Part shown: positions 38,202-47,564 of the stretch, in pieces | Layout of the letters: each line of letters starts with the position of its first letter | Position numbering within the stretch: position 1 is the stretch's first letter | Assembly (NCBI GenBank): GCA_012960465.1 | Contig: DUBF01000092.1 | Coordinates: 19,995 to 83,994 of the forward strand | Direction of reading: 5' to 3' | From: Rhodospirillales bacterium | Lineage (GTDB): Bacteria > Pseudomonadota > Alphaproteobacteria > Rhodospirillales > UBA2165 | DNA length: 64,000 bases | Translations under genes and position numbers: made by a program | The notes under the pieces: generated by a model | Told to the model about the DNA's origin: nothing | Databases searched by the model: none | Seen by the model: only the letters and a program-made list of their open reading frames with translations

Positions 38202-38966
38202 TTATATTTTAGAAATTTCTGTTATTTCTTTTATTAAATCTATTATCGCGGCAGGATTTTCGACGTGCGCATTGTGAGCAACACCGGGAATTGTTACTGC
38301 ACTTTTGTCGAAAGGCAAATAATGTTCAGAAGGAACAATCGAATCATGTTCGCCTGCCGCTAAAATGAGGGGGCAATCGGCAATCTTAATTAGCATACTC
38401 ATCCATGGGCCACCGATGGTTCCGGTTGCGGTGTCGGCAGCAAGGCGAAATTTCCCATTTTCTTCAACCACGCCAGATGTTGCTTGGGACGATTCTGGTG
38501 AGACTAAACCAAATAAACCGGAAACTTTAAGATACCGTTCAAGCGCTTCATTGCGACTATCAAACCAGCGAATTGGTTTTTTTGCTAAGGTTGTATATCG
38601 TTCCGTTGCATCGGGAGACCACTTAATTATCGTGCCAATAATCGCCATGCCGATGATATTTAAACCAAACCAGCCAGTAGCTAAAGATAATCCAATTAAT
38701 CCGCCCATAGAGTGGCCAATAATAACTATCTTATCTCTATCGCTTACAAGCTCTGCTATGTCGCTTGAATGTTCGCCAAGGCCGTAGGTTTTAGTCCAGT
38801 CTGATCGACCATGACCACGCATATCGGGAATAATCCATCGCCCTATTTTATTCCTTTCTATGAGGTCTCGGACACCATGCCATACGTCTCCTGTTGCGCC
38901 TAAACCATGGAGTAGTAGATAGGTCGTGTCACCCTCGCCACCGCTTATTGAATAAATATGTGGAAT
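38202..38966 (-). CDS. Alpha/beta-fold hydrolase with a probable non-canonical ATT start
   Basis: Nucleophile elbow GHSMGG lies in the tracked ORF (from ATG 38822). The in-frame upstream sequence encodes ...IPHIYSISGGEGDTTYLLLHGLGATGDVWHGVRDLIERNKIGRWIIPD, including the HG oxyanion motif, with no ATG/GTG/TTG. ATT at 38966-38964 sits 6 nt after GGAG. Confidence 0.65.
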   Translation of the reverse strand: MPHIYSISGGEGDTTYLLLHGLGATGDVWHGVRDLIERNKIGRWIIPDMRGHGRSDWTKTYGLGEHSSDIAELVSDRDKIVIIGHSMGGLIGLSLATGWFGLNIIGMAIIGTIIKWSPDATERYTTLAKKPIRWFDSRNEALERYLKVSGLFGLVSPESSQATSGVVEENGKFRLAADTATGTIGGPWMSMLIKIADCPLILAAGEHDSIVPSEHYLPFDKSAVTIPGVAHNAHVENPAAIIDLIKEITEISKI

Positions 38967-38987
38967 CTCTAACTCCGAATTTTTTTT

Positions 38988-39875
38988 CTAGTTTCTGTTA
39001 TCAATCTGATCGGCGATAGCAATTATGCGATAGAGGCGTTCAACAACAGGTTTTTCCATCAATACGCCATCTATCTCGACAAATGCCTTGTCTTGAGACT
39101 CATATTTTTTAATTAAATCTTTCGCTTTTTTTACTTCTTCAGGGTTTGGGCTAAAAACCTGGTTTATAATATCTATTTGCTTTGGGTGAATAGCACATTT
39201 CCCGGTATAGCCTATTTCTGCTGCTTTTTTTGCCTCTGTCTCCAAGCCTAGAGGATCCTCTAGGCCAAAATATGGCATATCAAGTAGATCAACTTTTGCA
39301 TTTGCAGCCGCTAAAACTAATTCATGACGAGCAAATAATAATGCATCCCAATTTGGCTCGACCCGAAGGTTGGTTGACATATCAAATCCACCGAAAACAA
39401 TAGATCCTATTTTATGGCTCGATTTTGCAATATCGTAAGCTTGTTTAAGACCCTGAGTTGTTTCAATTAGAGGGTGGAATTTTAATTCTTCATGTTTTGC
39501 CGATAGTATATCGCGTAAGATGTGAATTTCTTCTGGCGCGGTGATTTTGGGAATCATGATACCATCTGGAGCAATATCTGCCTGCGCAATTGCCAAGATG
39601 TCTTCTAAACCATTAGTTGATCGAATAGCATTAATTCGAATCCAGATTTCCTTGTTGGGAGAGGTTGTTAGGAGTTTTTGATTCTCAATCAATGAGATGA
39701 CCTGTTCGCGGGCGTTACCTTTCTGCTTTTCAGCAACAGCATCTTCTAAATCAACGCAAACAATATCTGTTGAACTTGCAATTGCTTTGGGAAATATTTC
39801 TAGCCTTGCGCCTGGGACAAATAAGACACTTCGTCTTGGGGTTGCTTTGGGACGAACATTTTTTGATATTGCCAT
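38988..39875 (-). CDS. HpcH/HpaI aldolase / citrate-lyase beta-subunit-like (CitE-like acyl-CoA lyase)
   Basis: RSVLFVPGARLEIFPKAIASSTDIVCVDLEDAV, the classical CitE-family N-terminus. 295 aa. Confidence 0.85.
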   Translation of the reverse strand: MAISKNVRPKATPRRSVLFVPGARLEIFPKAIASSTDIVCVDLEDAVAEKQKGNAREQVISLIENQKLLTTSPNKEIWIRINAIRSTNGLEDILAIAQADIAPDGIMIPKITAPEEIHILRDILSAKHEELKFHPLIETTQGLKQAYDIAKSSHKIGSIVFGGFDMSTNLRVEPNWDALLFARHELVLAAANAKVDLLDMPYFGLEDPLGLETEAKKAAEIGYTGKCAIHPKQIDIINQVFSPNPEEVKKAKDLIKKYESQDKAFVEIDGVLMEKPVVERLYRIIAIADQIDNRN

Positions 39876-39960
39876 ATATCTTTTCCTTATATAGACCTTT
39901 TCCAGACTGTCTTAGTTCAAAATTAACTATAGTCCCAAACATTATAGTGAGATTTTTATC

Positions 39961-41085
39961 ATGACTAAACCCCTAGAAGGTATTCTTGTTGTTGCTATCG
40001 AGCAGGCGGTGGCTGGACCTTACTGCACGTCGCGTCTCGCCGATGCAGGCGCACGCGTGATTAAGGTTGAACGCCCAGGAGGCGATTTTGCTCGGGAGTA
40101 TGATGATGTTGTAAATGGCGAGAGTGCTTATTTTGTTTGGCTTAATCGTGGCAAAGAATCCATAGTTCTCGATATTAAGAAAGATGAAGACGCTGTTCTT
40201 TTGTATAGCATGATTGCAAAAGCGGATGTTTTTGTTCAGAATTTGGCTCCTGGAGCAACCAAACGTTCTGGTTTTGGTTCTAATGATTTACGTAAAAAAC
40301 ACCCAGGTTTGATTACATGCGATATTTCTGGTTATTCGAGCGAAGGGCCATCTGCCGAGATGAAGGCATATGATATGTTGGTTCAGGCGGAGACCGGGCT
40401 TTCTTCAATCACAGGTTCACCGGACGAGCCGGGGAGAGTAGGTGTCTCGGTTTGTGATATTGCGGCGGGCATGTATGCCCATTCTGCGATCCTTTTAGCA
40501 CTTTATGAGCGTAAAAATACGGGTAGCGGCAAGGCGATAGAAACTTCTTTGTTTGATGGAATGGCGGATTGGATGACCGTACCTCTGTTGCATCACGATT
40601 ATGGTGGGAAAGCGCCAGAGCGGGTCGGCCTTCGGCATCCGTCCGTTGCGCCTTATGCACCGTTTGAGACCAAGGATGGCGAGTTAATTGTGATCTCTAT
40701 ACAAAATAATTGGGAGTGGGCAAAATTCGCCAAAGAAATTCTGACACGGCCTGAGTTGGTTGAGAAAGGGCCTTATAAAGATAATATCTCACGGGTTAAT
40801 AATATTGACGCATTGGAAAATGATATCAGTGAGGTATTTAAACTATTCACTCGGGAGGAATTATCAGAAAAATTATTAATTGCCCGCATTGCTTTTGGTC
40901 GGGTAAACTCCGTTGCTGATTTTTCGGGTCATGGGGATTTACGCCGGATGGAGATTAATACGCCTCATGGCAACGCCAGTATTCCGGCGCCACCTGCCCG
41001 AATAAAGGGTGAAAGAATTTCTATTGCTATAGTTCCATCATTAGGAGAACACACAAAAATGCTGCGTTCCGAGTTTGAGATTTAA
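39961..41085 (+). CDS. Family III CoA-transferase (CaiB/BaiF/Frc-like)
   Basis: PLEGILVVAIEQAVAGPYCTSRLADAGARVIKVERPGGD and a VSVCDIAAGM catalytic-Asp region. Confidence 0.9.
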   Translation: MTKPLEGILVVAIEQAVAGPYCTSRLADAGARVIKVERPGGDFAREYDDVVNGESAYFVWLNRGKESIVLDIKKDEDAVLLYSMIAKADVFVQNLAPGATKRSGFGSNDLRKKHPGLITCDISGYSSEGPSAEMKAYDMLVQAETGLSSITGSPDEPGRVGVSVCDIAAGMYAHSAILLALYERKNTGSGKAIETSLFDGMADWMTVPLLHHDYGGKAPERVGLRHPSVAPYAPFETKDGELIVISIQNNWEWAKFAKEILTRPELVEKGPYKDNISRVNNIDALENDISEVFKLFTREELSEKLLIARIAFGRVNSVADFSGHGDLRRMEINTPHGNASIPAPPARIKGERISIAIVPSLGEHTKMLRSEFEI

Positions 41086-41214
41086 CTTATGTTCTGTTGA
41101 AAAAAAGTTGCACTTTTATTGTAACAGGTGGATACTCCAAATTATAAAAGTTTAGACGCGAAATCAATTCGCGCTTTGGTCAATGTGTCTTAATTTATTT
41201 TTTTTGACAGGTTT

Positions 41215-41243
41215 TTGACAGAATTGAAGTTTAGTATTGCAAT
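41215..41243 (+). promoter_or_regulatory. Candidate sigma70 promoter (TTGACA-17 nt-TGCAAT) for the ABC transporter operon
   Basis: TTGACA at 41215-41220, a 17-nt spacer, then TGCAAT at 41238-41243. The -35 box is part of a tandem TTTTTGACAG direct repeat (41201-41210 and 41212-41221). Confidence 0.35.
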
Positions 41244-41316
41244 AATTAAAACAATTTATTTTTATAATGGTAAATTGTAAGTCTTAAATACAGGACCAAA
41301 TATTAGGGAGTTACAG

Positions 41317-42555
41317 ATGGTTTTTAATAAAAATTTTTCATGCCTGATGATCGGCGTAGCAGCTGTGGGATTTCTTGCGGCAGCGCCTGCCAATGCCCGT
41401 GTTGATGGGGACACCATTACGCTCGGAGCAGCGGTTTCACTTACCGGCAAATACTCAACTAACGGCAAACATACCAAGAATGGTTATAATTTTGCTGCAG
41501 AAAGAATAAATAAAATGGGCGGTGTTAAGGTCGGGGGTAAATCATATAAATTAAAGGTGAAATACTACGACGATGAATCAAATTCTAGCAGGGCAGCCCA
41601 GCTCGCAGAACGTTTGATTAAGCAGGATGGTGTAAAGTATATGCTTGGGCCTTATAGTTCGGGCTTAACAAAGGCTATTGCCCCTGTTACTGAAGCGAAC
41701 AAAATTCCAATGGTTGAGGCAAATGGTGCTTCCAGGTCATTATTTACCAAGGGTTATAAATACCTGTTTGCTGTTTTATCGGCAGCAAACCAATACCTTG
41801 AGGTGGCCATTGACCTTGCTGTTGAAAAGAATGGTGGTAAACCTGTGAGAATAGCCATGGCATTTGAGCAGGATGCCTTCTCTCAAGATGTTAGGCTTGG
41901 CATCTTAGACGCTGCAAAAAGAACCAAATCCAAAATTATCATTGATGATAAACTGCCCAAAGAATTGAATGATATGGCAGCAACCTTGGCTAAGGTCAAA
42001 GCCACCAAGCCAGATGTTTTAGTAGTGTCTGGGCATTCAAAAGGCGCTCTAACGGCAATTCGTCAAATTTCGGAGATGAAAGTGAACGTCCCTATGTTGG
42101 CGATGACACACTGTGATGCATCTAAACTTGCTAAACAGCATGGGAAAAAGGCTGAATATGCACTGTGTGCCGCCCAATGGCATAAATCTCTATCATATAA
42201 AGACAAATTCTTTGGAAATGGAATGCAATATGACAAAGAATTTAACGCAGCATTTGGATATGCTCCGCCCTACCAGGCCGCAGAATCATCCGCCGCACTT
42301 TTAGTGTGGAAGGGTGCTTTTGAGAGAGCTAATTCCTTCAGTACTGAGAAAGTGCGAGATGCTTTGGCCAAGACCAACATGCAAACCTTTTATGGAAACA
42401 TTAAATTTAATAGCGCAGGTGCAAACTTTGCCAAACCTATGGTTCTGTTTCAGGTACGTTGTGATGGAGGTAAATGTGCTAATAAGGTTGTTGCTCCAAC
42501 CAAGTGGGCTTCGACAAAATTGGTACACCCAATTCCAAAGTGGTCGCAAAGATAA
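41317..42555 (+). CDS. ABC transporter substrate-binding protein, LivK/branched-chain-amino-acid (Peripla_BP_6) type
   Basis: Signal peptide ...AAAPANA/RV and the mature start ITLGAAVSLTGKYSTNGK, typical of this family. Confidence 0.9.
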   Translation: MVFNKNFSCLMIGVAAVGFLAAAPANARVDGDTITLGAAVSLTGKYSTNGKHTKNGYNFAAERINKMGGVKVGGKSYKLKVKYYDDESNSSRAAQLAERLIKQDGVKYMLGPYSSGLTKAIAPVTEANKIPMVEANGASRSLFTKGYKYLFAVLSAANQYLEVAIDLAVEKNGGKPVRIAMAFEQDAFSQDVRLGILDAAKRTKSKIIIDDKLPKELNDMAATLAKVKATKPDVLVVSGHSKGALTAIRQISEMKVNVPMLAMTHCDASKLAKQHGKKAEYALCAAQWHKSLSYKDKFFGNGMQYDKEFNAAFGYAPPYQAAESSAALLVWKGAFERANSFSTEKVRDALAKTNMQTFYGNIKFNSAGANFAKPMVLFQVRCDGGKCANKVVAPTKWASTKLVHPIPKWSQR

Positions 42556-42574
42556 TTTAATTTGTGGTTCAATT

Positions 42575-42599
42575 ATGCCCCCTAGTTATTAGGGGGCAT
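42575..42599 (+). terminator. Intercistronic stem-loop between the binding-protein and permease genes (attenuator or mRNA-stabilising hairpin)
   Basis: Perfect 10-bp stem ATGCCCCCTA / TAGGGGGCAT with a 5-nt loop, 20 nt after the stop. The downstream sequence (TCTCTTTGG) is only weakly T-rich. Confidence 0.5.
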
Positions 42600-42615
42600 T
42601 CTCTTTGGAGATTTA

Positions 42616-43509
42616 ATGGACTTACTTATATTTAAAGCCCCAATACTGATTGTGCAGGCATCTCTTGATGGGATTCTGTTGGGCCTGCTGTTTGCCCTAA
42701 TAGCCTATGGAATGGCTCTTCAGTGGGGCGTGATGAATATAATTAATATTGCCCAAGGTGAACTTGTTATCCTAGGTGGTTATATTGCATACACAATGTA
42801 CCAACTTGGTATTCATCCAGCCTTTGGTATTTTTGTAGCACCGGCAATCATGTACTTTCTTGGTTGGGGGCTATACAAGTTAGTGATTTATAGAGTGGTC
42901 GATAGAGATCTCTTTATTTCGATTTTGGCTACCTTCGGGATAAGTATTCTTACTCAACAATTAATGAATTTCGTGTTTGGTGCTGATGTAGTTGTAGCGC
43001 AATCTAATTTTGGGACGACTCTCCTTTTTGACGATAGTGTAACGATACCAAATTCTAAACTATTCTCAGCAGTGATTAGTGTCGTCGCAGCGATTGCAAT
43101 TATATTATATATGAAAAAATCTAAACTGGGACGGGCAATACGAGCAACGGCCCAGAACGCAAGGGCCGCTAAAATACTTGGTGTGGACACTGAAAAAGTT
43201 TATGCGGCAACGTTTGGTTTAAATGCAGCGATCTGCGGAATTGCAGGCTCGTTGATCGCTATAACATTTACATTACATCCCTACGTTGGTTTACCTTACA
43301 CTATACGATCGTTCATGATCGTCATTATAGCGGGTCTTGGCAACCTACCTGGAGTGGCACTTTCAGGAATGGGGCTTGGAATTTTTGAGGAATTTGCAGA
43401 CTATATTCTTGGTACCGAGTTTCGTATTGGTGCAGTTTTTCTCCTTTTGGTTTTTATATTGGTATACAGGAGATTTAAATTATCCAGAAAACGAGAGTAT
43501 TTGGAATGA
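42616..43509 (+). CDS. Branched-chain amino acid-type ABC transporter permease (LivH-like)
   Basis: 297 aa, multi-TM. ATGA overlap with the next permease gene. Confidence 0.9.
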   Translation: MDLLIFKAPILIVQASLDGILLGLLFALIAYGMALQWGVMNIINIAQGELVILGGYIAYTMYQLGIHPAFGIFVAPAIMYFLGWGLYKLVIYRVVDRDLFISILATFGISILTQQLMNFVFGADVVVAQSNFGTTLLFDDSVTIPNSKLFSAVISVVAAIAIILYMKKSKLGRAIRATAQNARAAKILGVDTEKVYAATFGLNAAICGIAGSLIAITFTLHPYVGLPYTIRSFMIVIIAGLGNLPGVALSGMGLGIFEEFADYILGTEFRIGAVFLLLVFILVYRRFKLSRKREYLE

Positions 43510-44555
43510 ACAGGCAGACGATCCTTATTATAGTTCTGGGTATCATTGGAATTTTGCTTCCGTTCATTTTCCCAGCCTATAAGTTGCAAATATCTTTTCT
43601 GTGGATACTTATCGTCCTGGCTCTCACATGGGATATCCAAGGGGGGCAGATGGGTTATAACACCTTTGGAAATATTCTGTTCTTCGGTATAGGAATGTAT
43701 TTATGTGCAAGTATTCAAGTGGGTATGTTTTTCCCACTTTCTGAATGGACGGCAAGTGGAGGTGAAAAAACGTTTGTCCATGAACCAGATCAATTTTTTC
43801 AAGGGTTTTTTGTTGGTATTTTAGCCGCTGGATTGGTGCCGGCTATAATCGCTGCGCTCATAGGGTATGGAATTTTAGGCTTGCGGGGACATTACTTCGC
43901 AATCTGTACACTGGGTCTTGGTATTGCTGCCGGAGAGATCGCTGGCGGTATAGAATTGATAGGAGCAGGACAGGGTATGACTGTTCCACCATGGCCAAAA
44001 GGGATCGGTGACACTGAATTAAGGGCTGAATTTTTTTATTTTCTGTCCTTTATATTAATGGTCATTACGTTCTTGTTTCTGAAGTGGGCGTATCAGACGC
44101 GATTTGGATTAATTCTCAATGCGATAAGGGATAATGAGGATAAGGCTGAGGCGATGGGTATTCCCACGATGCGTTATAAGATCATAGGCTGGGTTATTAC
44201 GGCGTTTTTTGTCGGTATAGCTGGTGGTTTGATGGGTAATATGGTGGGTTATATTGAGCCTGTGGAGGTGGCTTTTGCCGGGGCTACGCTGGGTGTCTTT
44301 ATGATTTTGATGACAATTCTGGGCGGGAAAGGGACACTTTGGGGGCCAGTTATAGGCGCTACGGTGTTTCATTTATTTAAAGAAGGTTTCTGGACATATT
44401 TTTTAGGTTGGCAATATGTGGCTTTAGGGCTTTTGATTGTTGTTATTGTAGTTTTCTTCCCAGAGGGTCTAATGGGTTGGATTAGAGAAAAATATCCAGA
44501 GAAGTTTGGAGAGACAGTTGATGAAGAAGACCAGAAGTCTTCAGTAGAGCTTTGA
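43506..44555 (+). CDS. Branched-chain amino acid-type ABC transporter permease (LivM-like)
   Basis: 349 aa, multi-TM, with the LRGHYFAICTLGLG motif. Confidence 0.9.
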   Translation: MNRQTILIIVLGIIGILLPFIFPAYKLQISFLWILIVLALTWDIQGGQMGYNTFGNILFFGIGMYLCASIQVGMFFPLSEWTASGGEKTFVHEPDQFFQGFFVGILAAGLVPAIIAALIGYGILGLRGHYFAICTLGLGIAAGEIAGGIELIGAGQGMTVPPWPKGIGDTELRAEFFYFLSFILMVITFLFLKWAYQTRFGLILNAIRDNEDKAEAMGIPTMRYKIIGWVITAFFVGIAGGLMGNMVGYIEPVEVAFAGATLGVFMILMTILGGKGTLWGPVIGATVFHLFKEGFWTYFLGWQYVALGLLIVVIVVFFPEGLMGWIREKYPEKFGETVDEEDQKSSVEL

Positions 44556-44556
44556 T

Positions 44557-45300
44557 ATGGTCGCTATTTTGGAACTTAATCAGGTTTACAAATCATTTGG
44601 TGGTATAAAAGCCAATCAAAATATTTCACTTGAGGTTGAGCAAGGTTCAATTGTTGGCCTCATTGGTCCTAACGGTTCTGGCAAGACGACATTATTCAAC
44701 TCAATCGTCGGAACCCATCCGATTGATAGTGGGTCAATTAAGTTTAATGACAAGGAAGTATCAGAATTACCCGTGCCGGTGATAGCTAAATTAGGTCTAT
44801 TGAGAACCTTTCAGCAGACGCGAGTTTACGGAAAATTAAATTGTATCGATAATATGGTCGTTAGCCACAAACCCACAAAAGATGGTCTATTTTCTGTTTT
44901 TTCTGTGATGCCTCCAGAGCTTACTGAGAAGGCAGAAAAGCTCCTCGAATTTGTTGGATTATATAGAAAACGGAAGTTGTTAGCCGGAGATTTATCGTTT
45001 GGGCAGCAGAAATTATTAGAAATGGCAATGGCTCTCATGAATGAGCCTAAGATGCTTTTACTTGATGAGCCTACAGCAGGTATTAACCCTACGTTGATCA
45101 ATGGGATCATTGATAGGTTAATTAGAGTAAATGGAGAATTTGGTATTACATTATTGGTTATTGAACATAATATGAGGGTTGTGATGGGACTCGCTCAGAG
45201 GATATTTTGTCTCGCGCATGGAGAGATGCTAGCTGAAGGGTCGCCAGAAAATATTAGAGATGATCAGAGAGTGATAGATGCCTATTTGGGGGTCCAATAA
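44557..45300 (+). CDS. ABC transporter ATP-binding protein (LivG-like)
   Basis: Walker A GPNGSGKTT, signature LSFGQQKLLE and Walker B LLLDEP. Confidence 0.9.
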   Translation: MVAILELNQVYKSFGGIKANQNISLEVEQGSIVGLIGPNGSGKTTLFNSIVGTHPIDSGSIKFNDKEVSELPVPVIAKLGLLRTFQQTRVYGKLNCIDNMVVSHKPTKDGLFSVFSVMPPELTEKAEKLLEFVGLYRKRKLLAGDLSFGQQKLLEMAMALMNEPKMLLLDEPTAGINPTLINGIIDRLIRVNGEFGITLLVIEHNMRVVMGLAQRIFCLAHGEMLAEGSPENIRDDQRVIDAYLGVQ

Positions 45301-46088
45301 TGTTGACTGAAGAATATTCCGTTCTTGGGGAAATCCCAAAGCCGAAGGAATTGGCAGAACTATGTTTAGATGAAATTTTTGTCAATGTCAGTGGGTTATC
45401 TGCTGGTTATGGTAAGATGCAAATTCTGCATGAATTTAATCTTAGTGTTAGCGAGGCAATGTCATTGTGTTTGATTGGTCCAAATGGGGCTGGAAAGTCA
45501 ACAGTATTACATTCCATTTATGGCTTTACAGATATTACCAGTGGTTCAATAACCGTGGGTAACACCGAGGTTACAAAACTAACTCCGGCAGAAAAGTTAA
45601 AAACGGCTGGTATAGCCTATATCTTACAAGATAATTCTGTATTTCCTGATATGACTGTAGAAGAAAATCTTTTAATGGGTGGATACAGTAAAGATGCGGT
45701 TGAAGAAGCTTTTGAAGAAACAGAGAACGTATTGAATAAATACGAAAGATTGAAAAATAGGAGGAACCAACCTGCTAAGGTGTTGTCGGGGGGAGAACGC
45801 CGTCTTCTTGAAATTTCCAGAGCACTGATAATGAAACCTTCCGTTCTTCTTGTTGATGAACCATCAATAGGTCTCGAGCCACGTTATATTGATATGGTAT
45901 TTGAAATTCTTGATGATCTCCAGAATAGCGAAAAGAAGACGATCATATTGGTGGAGCAGAATGCCAAAAAGGGACTTGAGTTCGCTGATATCGGCTATGT
46001 ACTTGTTTCGGGAGAGTTGGCTAAAGCCGGGAAAGGTGAGGCGCTTCTGGAAGATCCCGATGTTGGCCGACTTTTTTTAGGTGGCTGA
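45300..46088 (+). CDS. ABC transporter ATP-binding protein (LivF-like, with about 25-aa N-terminal extension)
   Basis: Walker A GPNGAGKST, signature LSGGERRLLE and Walker B LLVDEP. TAATG overlap with the upstream gene. Confidence 0.9.
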   Translation: MLTEEYSVLGEIPKPKELAELCLDEIFVNVSGLSAGYGKMQILHEFNLSVSEAMSLCLIGPNGAGKSTVLHSIYGFTDITSGSITVGNTEVTKLTPAEKLKTAGIAYILQDNSVFPDMTVEENLLMGGYSKDAVEEAFEETENVLNKYERLKNRRNQPAKVLSGGERRLLEISRALIMKPSVLLVDEPSIGLEPRYIDMVFEILDDLQNSEKKTIILVEQNAKKGLEFADIGYVLVSGELAKAGKGEALLEDPDVGRLFLGG

Positions 46089-46118
46089 GTAATTTTTGTT
46101 GTAAATTTTATTTTCTAT

Positions 46119-47321
46119 TTAAATTCTGTCTCCGACAACAACTCCTTTATTTGGAAGGGTAAGCACAGCACATAACATGGCTAAGGCTGCTAAAGACAAA
46201 ACTAGGAATAGTCCGTCAAATCCCCAGTGATTATGAAACCATGCTAAAAGTGGCAGTGTGATAGCCATGGCGGAGAAAGTGACTAAATATCTAGCAGCGT
46301 AGACGCGACTACGCCATTGGTCGGTTGTTACTCGCCCAACCAGAACGTCATTGATAGGTATCTGACCAAAAACGGCCATCATCATTAAAACAGCGACAAT
46401 GAAAGCACTCAAATCGGTAAGGCCTTGCATCGAAAATAGAAAAATAACTTGTGTTAATGCTACACAGCTAAAAACATAACGTATCGGGAATCTATCGGTA
46501 AAATACCCCACGATCAGTTGTGAAATTGCTGCTATTGAAAATACTAGCAGCGCGAGCAAGCCAACTGAGGTGGCCGAGGTCGCTAGTTCCGTTAGACGTT
46601 CATCGAATATCTTCGGTAATGCAAAGGTGGTGCTTTGATAGGTCAGACCGCCAATGGCACTTGAAAAAAAGATAATCGCGAATATTGGTGCTATTTTATC
46701 TTTATATTGTATGGGACTTATGCCCGTATTGTTGTTTGGTATTGGATTTTTTGTTGTTCTAGACTGTGTTGGATGTCGCCTATTATAAAAATAATAAACA
46801 ATACCTGTTCCGACCGATAGGATTCCGGGTATAATGAACGCAGCTCTCCATCCAATAAAGTCTATCAGAATTCCGGTTGCCGCAGCAGCAACACCCACCC
46901 CTAGGTTGCCCCAAATACCGTTTACGGCGAGGATCACTCCGGTTTTTGAATGCCCTTCAATGACTAAAGCCAGACCAACGGGATGATATATGGCGGCAAA
47001 CCCGCCTATAATAAATAAGCCAAGACCAATTTGGATTGGGGTCTGGGACATGGCTGTAACAATCGCGCTGAGCCCTATGCCAACAAAAAATATAACCATC
47101 ATGTGCTGGCGATCCCATTTATCTGCGATCCATCCTGCTGGAATTGCAAAGATACCAAAGGCAATGAATCCTGGTGTTGCATAGGGAATTAATTCGGCAT
47201 ATGACATTTGCCAATCATTTGCCAGCGTAAGGGCTGCTACGGTTGCAAAGATAAGAACAAAATAATGATCAAACAGATGACCAATATTAAGAAAAAAGAA
47301 ATTGAGCCGACTTTGCTGCAT
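46119..47321 (-). CDS. MFS transporter
   Basis: 400 aa with about 12 TM helices and a GWIADKWDRQ loop motif between TM2 and TM3. Confidence 0.85.
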   Translation of the reverse strand: MQQSRLNFFFLNIGHLFDHYFVLIFATVAALTLANDWQMSYAELIPYATPGFIAFGIFAIPAGWIADKWDRQHMMVIFFVGIGLSAIVTAMSQTPIQIGLGLFIIGGFAAIYHPVGLALVIEGHSKTGVILAVNGIWGNLGVGVAAAATGILIDFIGWRAAFIIPGILSVGTGIVYYFYNRRHPTQSRTTKNPIPNNNTGISPIQYKDKIAPIFAIIFFSSAIGGLTYQSTTFALPKIFDERLTELATSATSVGLLALLVFSIAAISQLIVGYFTDRFPIRYVFSCVALTQVIFLFSMQGLTDLSAFIVAVLMMMAVFGQIPINDVLVGRVTTDQWRSRVYAARYLVTFSAMAITLPLLAWFHNHWGFDGLFLVLSLAALAMLCAVLTLPNKGVVVGDRI

Positions 47322-47564
47322 TTGTGAATGGTCCTAAAGAAATCATTTGTTAAACTAGTTTTTTACACTATCCGCTATTTAAACGGATGTTTCTACATTT
47401 TGTTGGTAATAATAAGTATTATAAAATCAGATTTCATACCAAATAAATTTTCTAATGTTTATTTCTGATGGACTATTTGGCAAGAGTAACATTATTAAAC
47501 TTGCTTTAATTTTTTCGCCTACTAGCACTATCCATTAGATAAGGGGAAAGCCAAGGTATACGTA

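Noticed and set aside
41201-41221. Tandem TTTTTGACAG direct repeat (11-bp register) as a possible dedicated regulator array.
   Set aside because: With only two copies in a T-rich context, the simplest reading is alternative -35 boxes. I list the downstream one as a low-confidence promoter. There is not enough evidence for a separate regulatory system.
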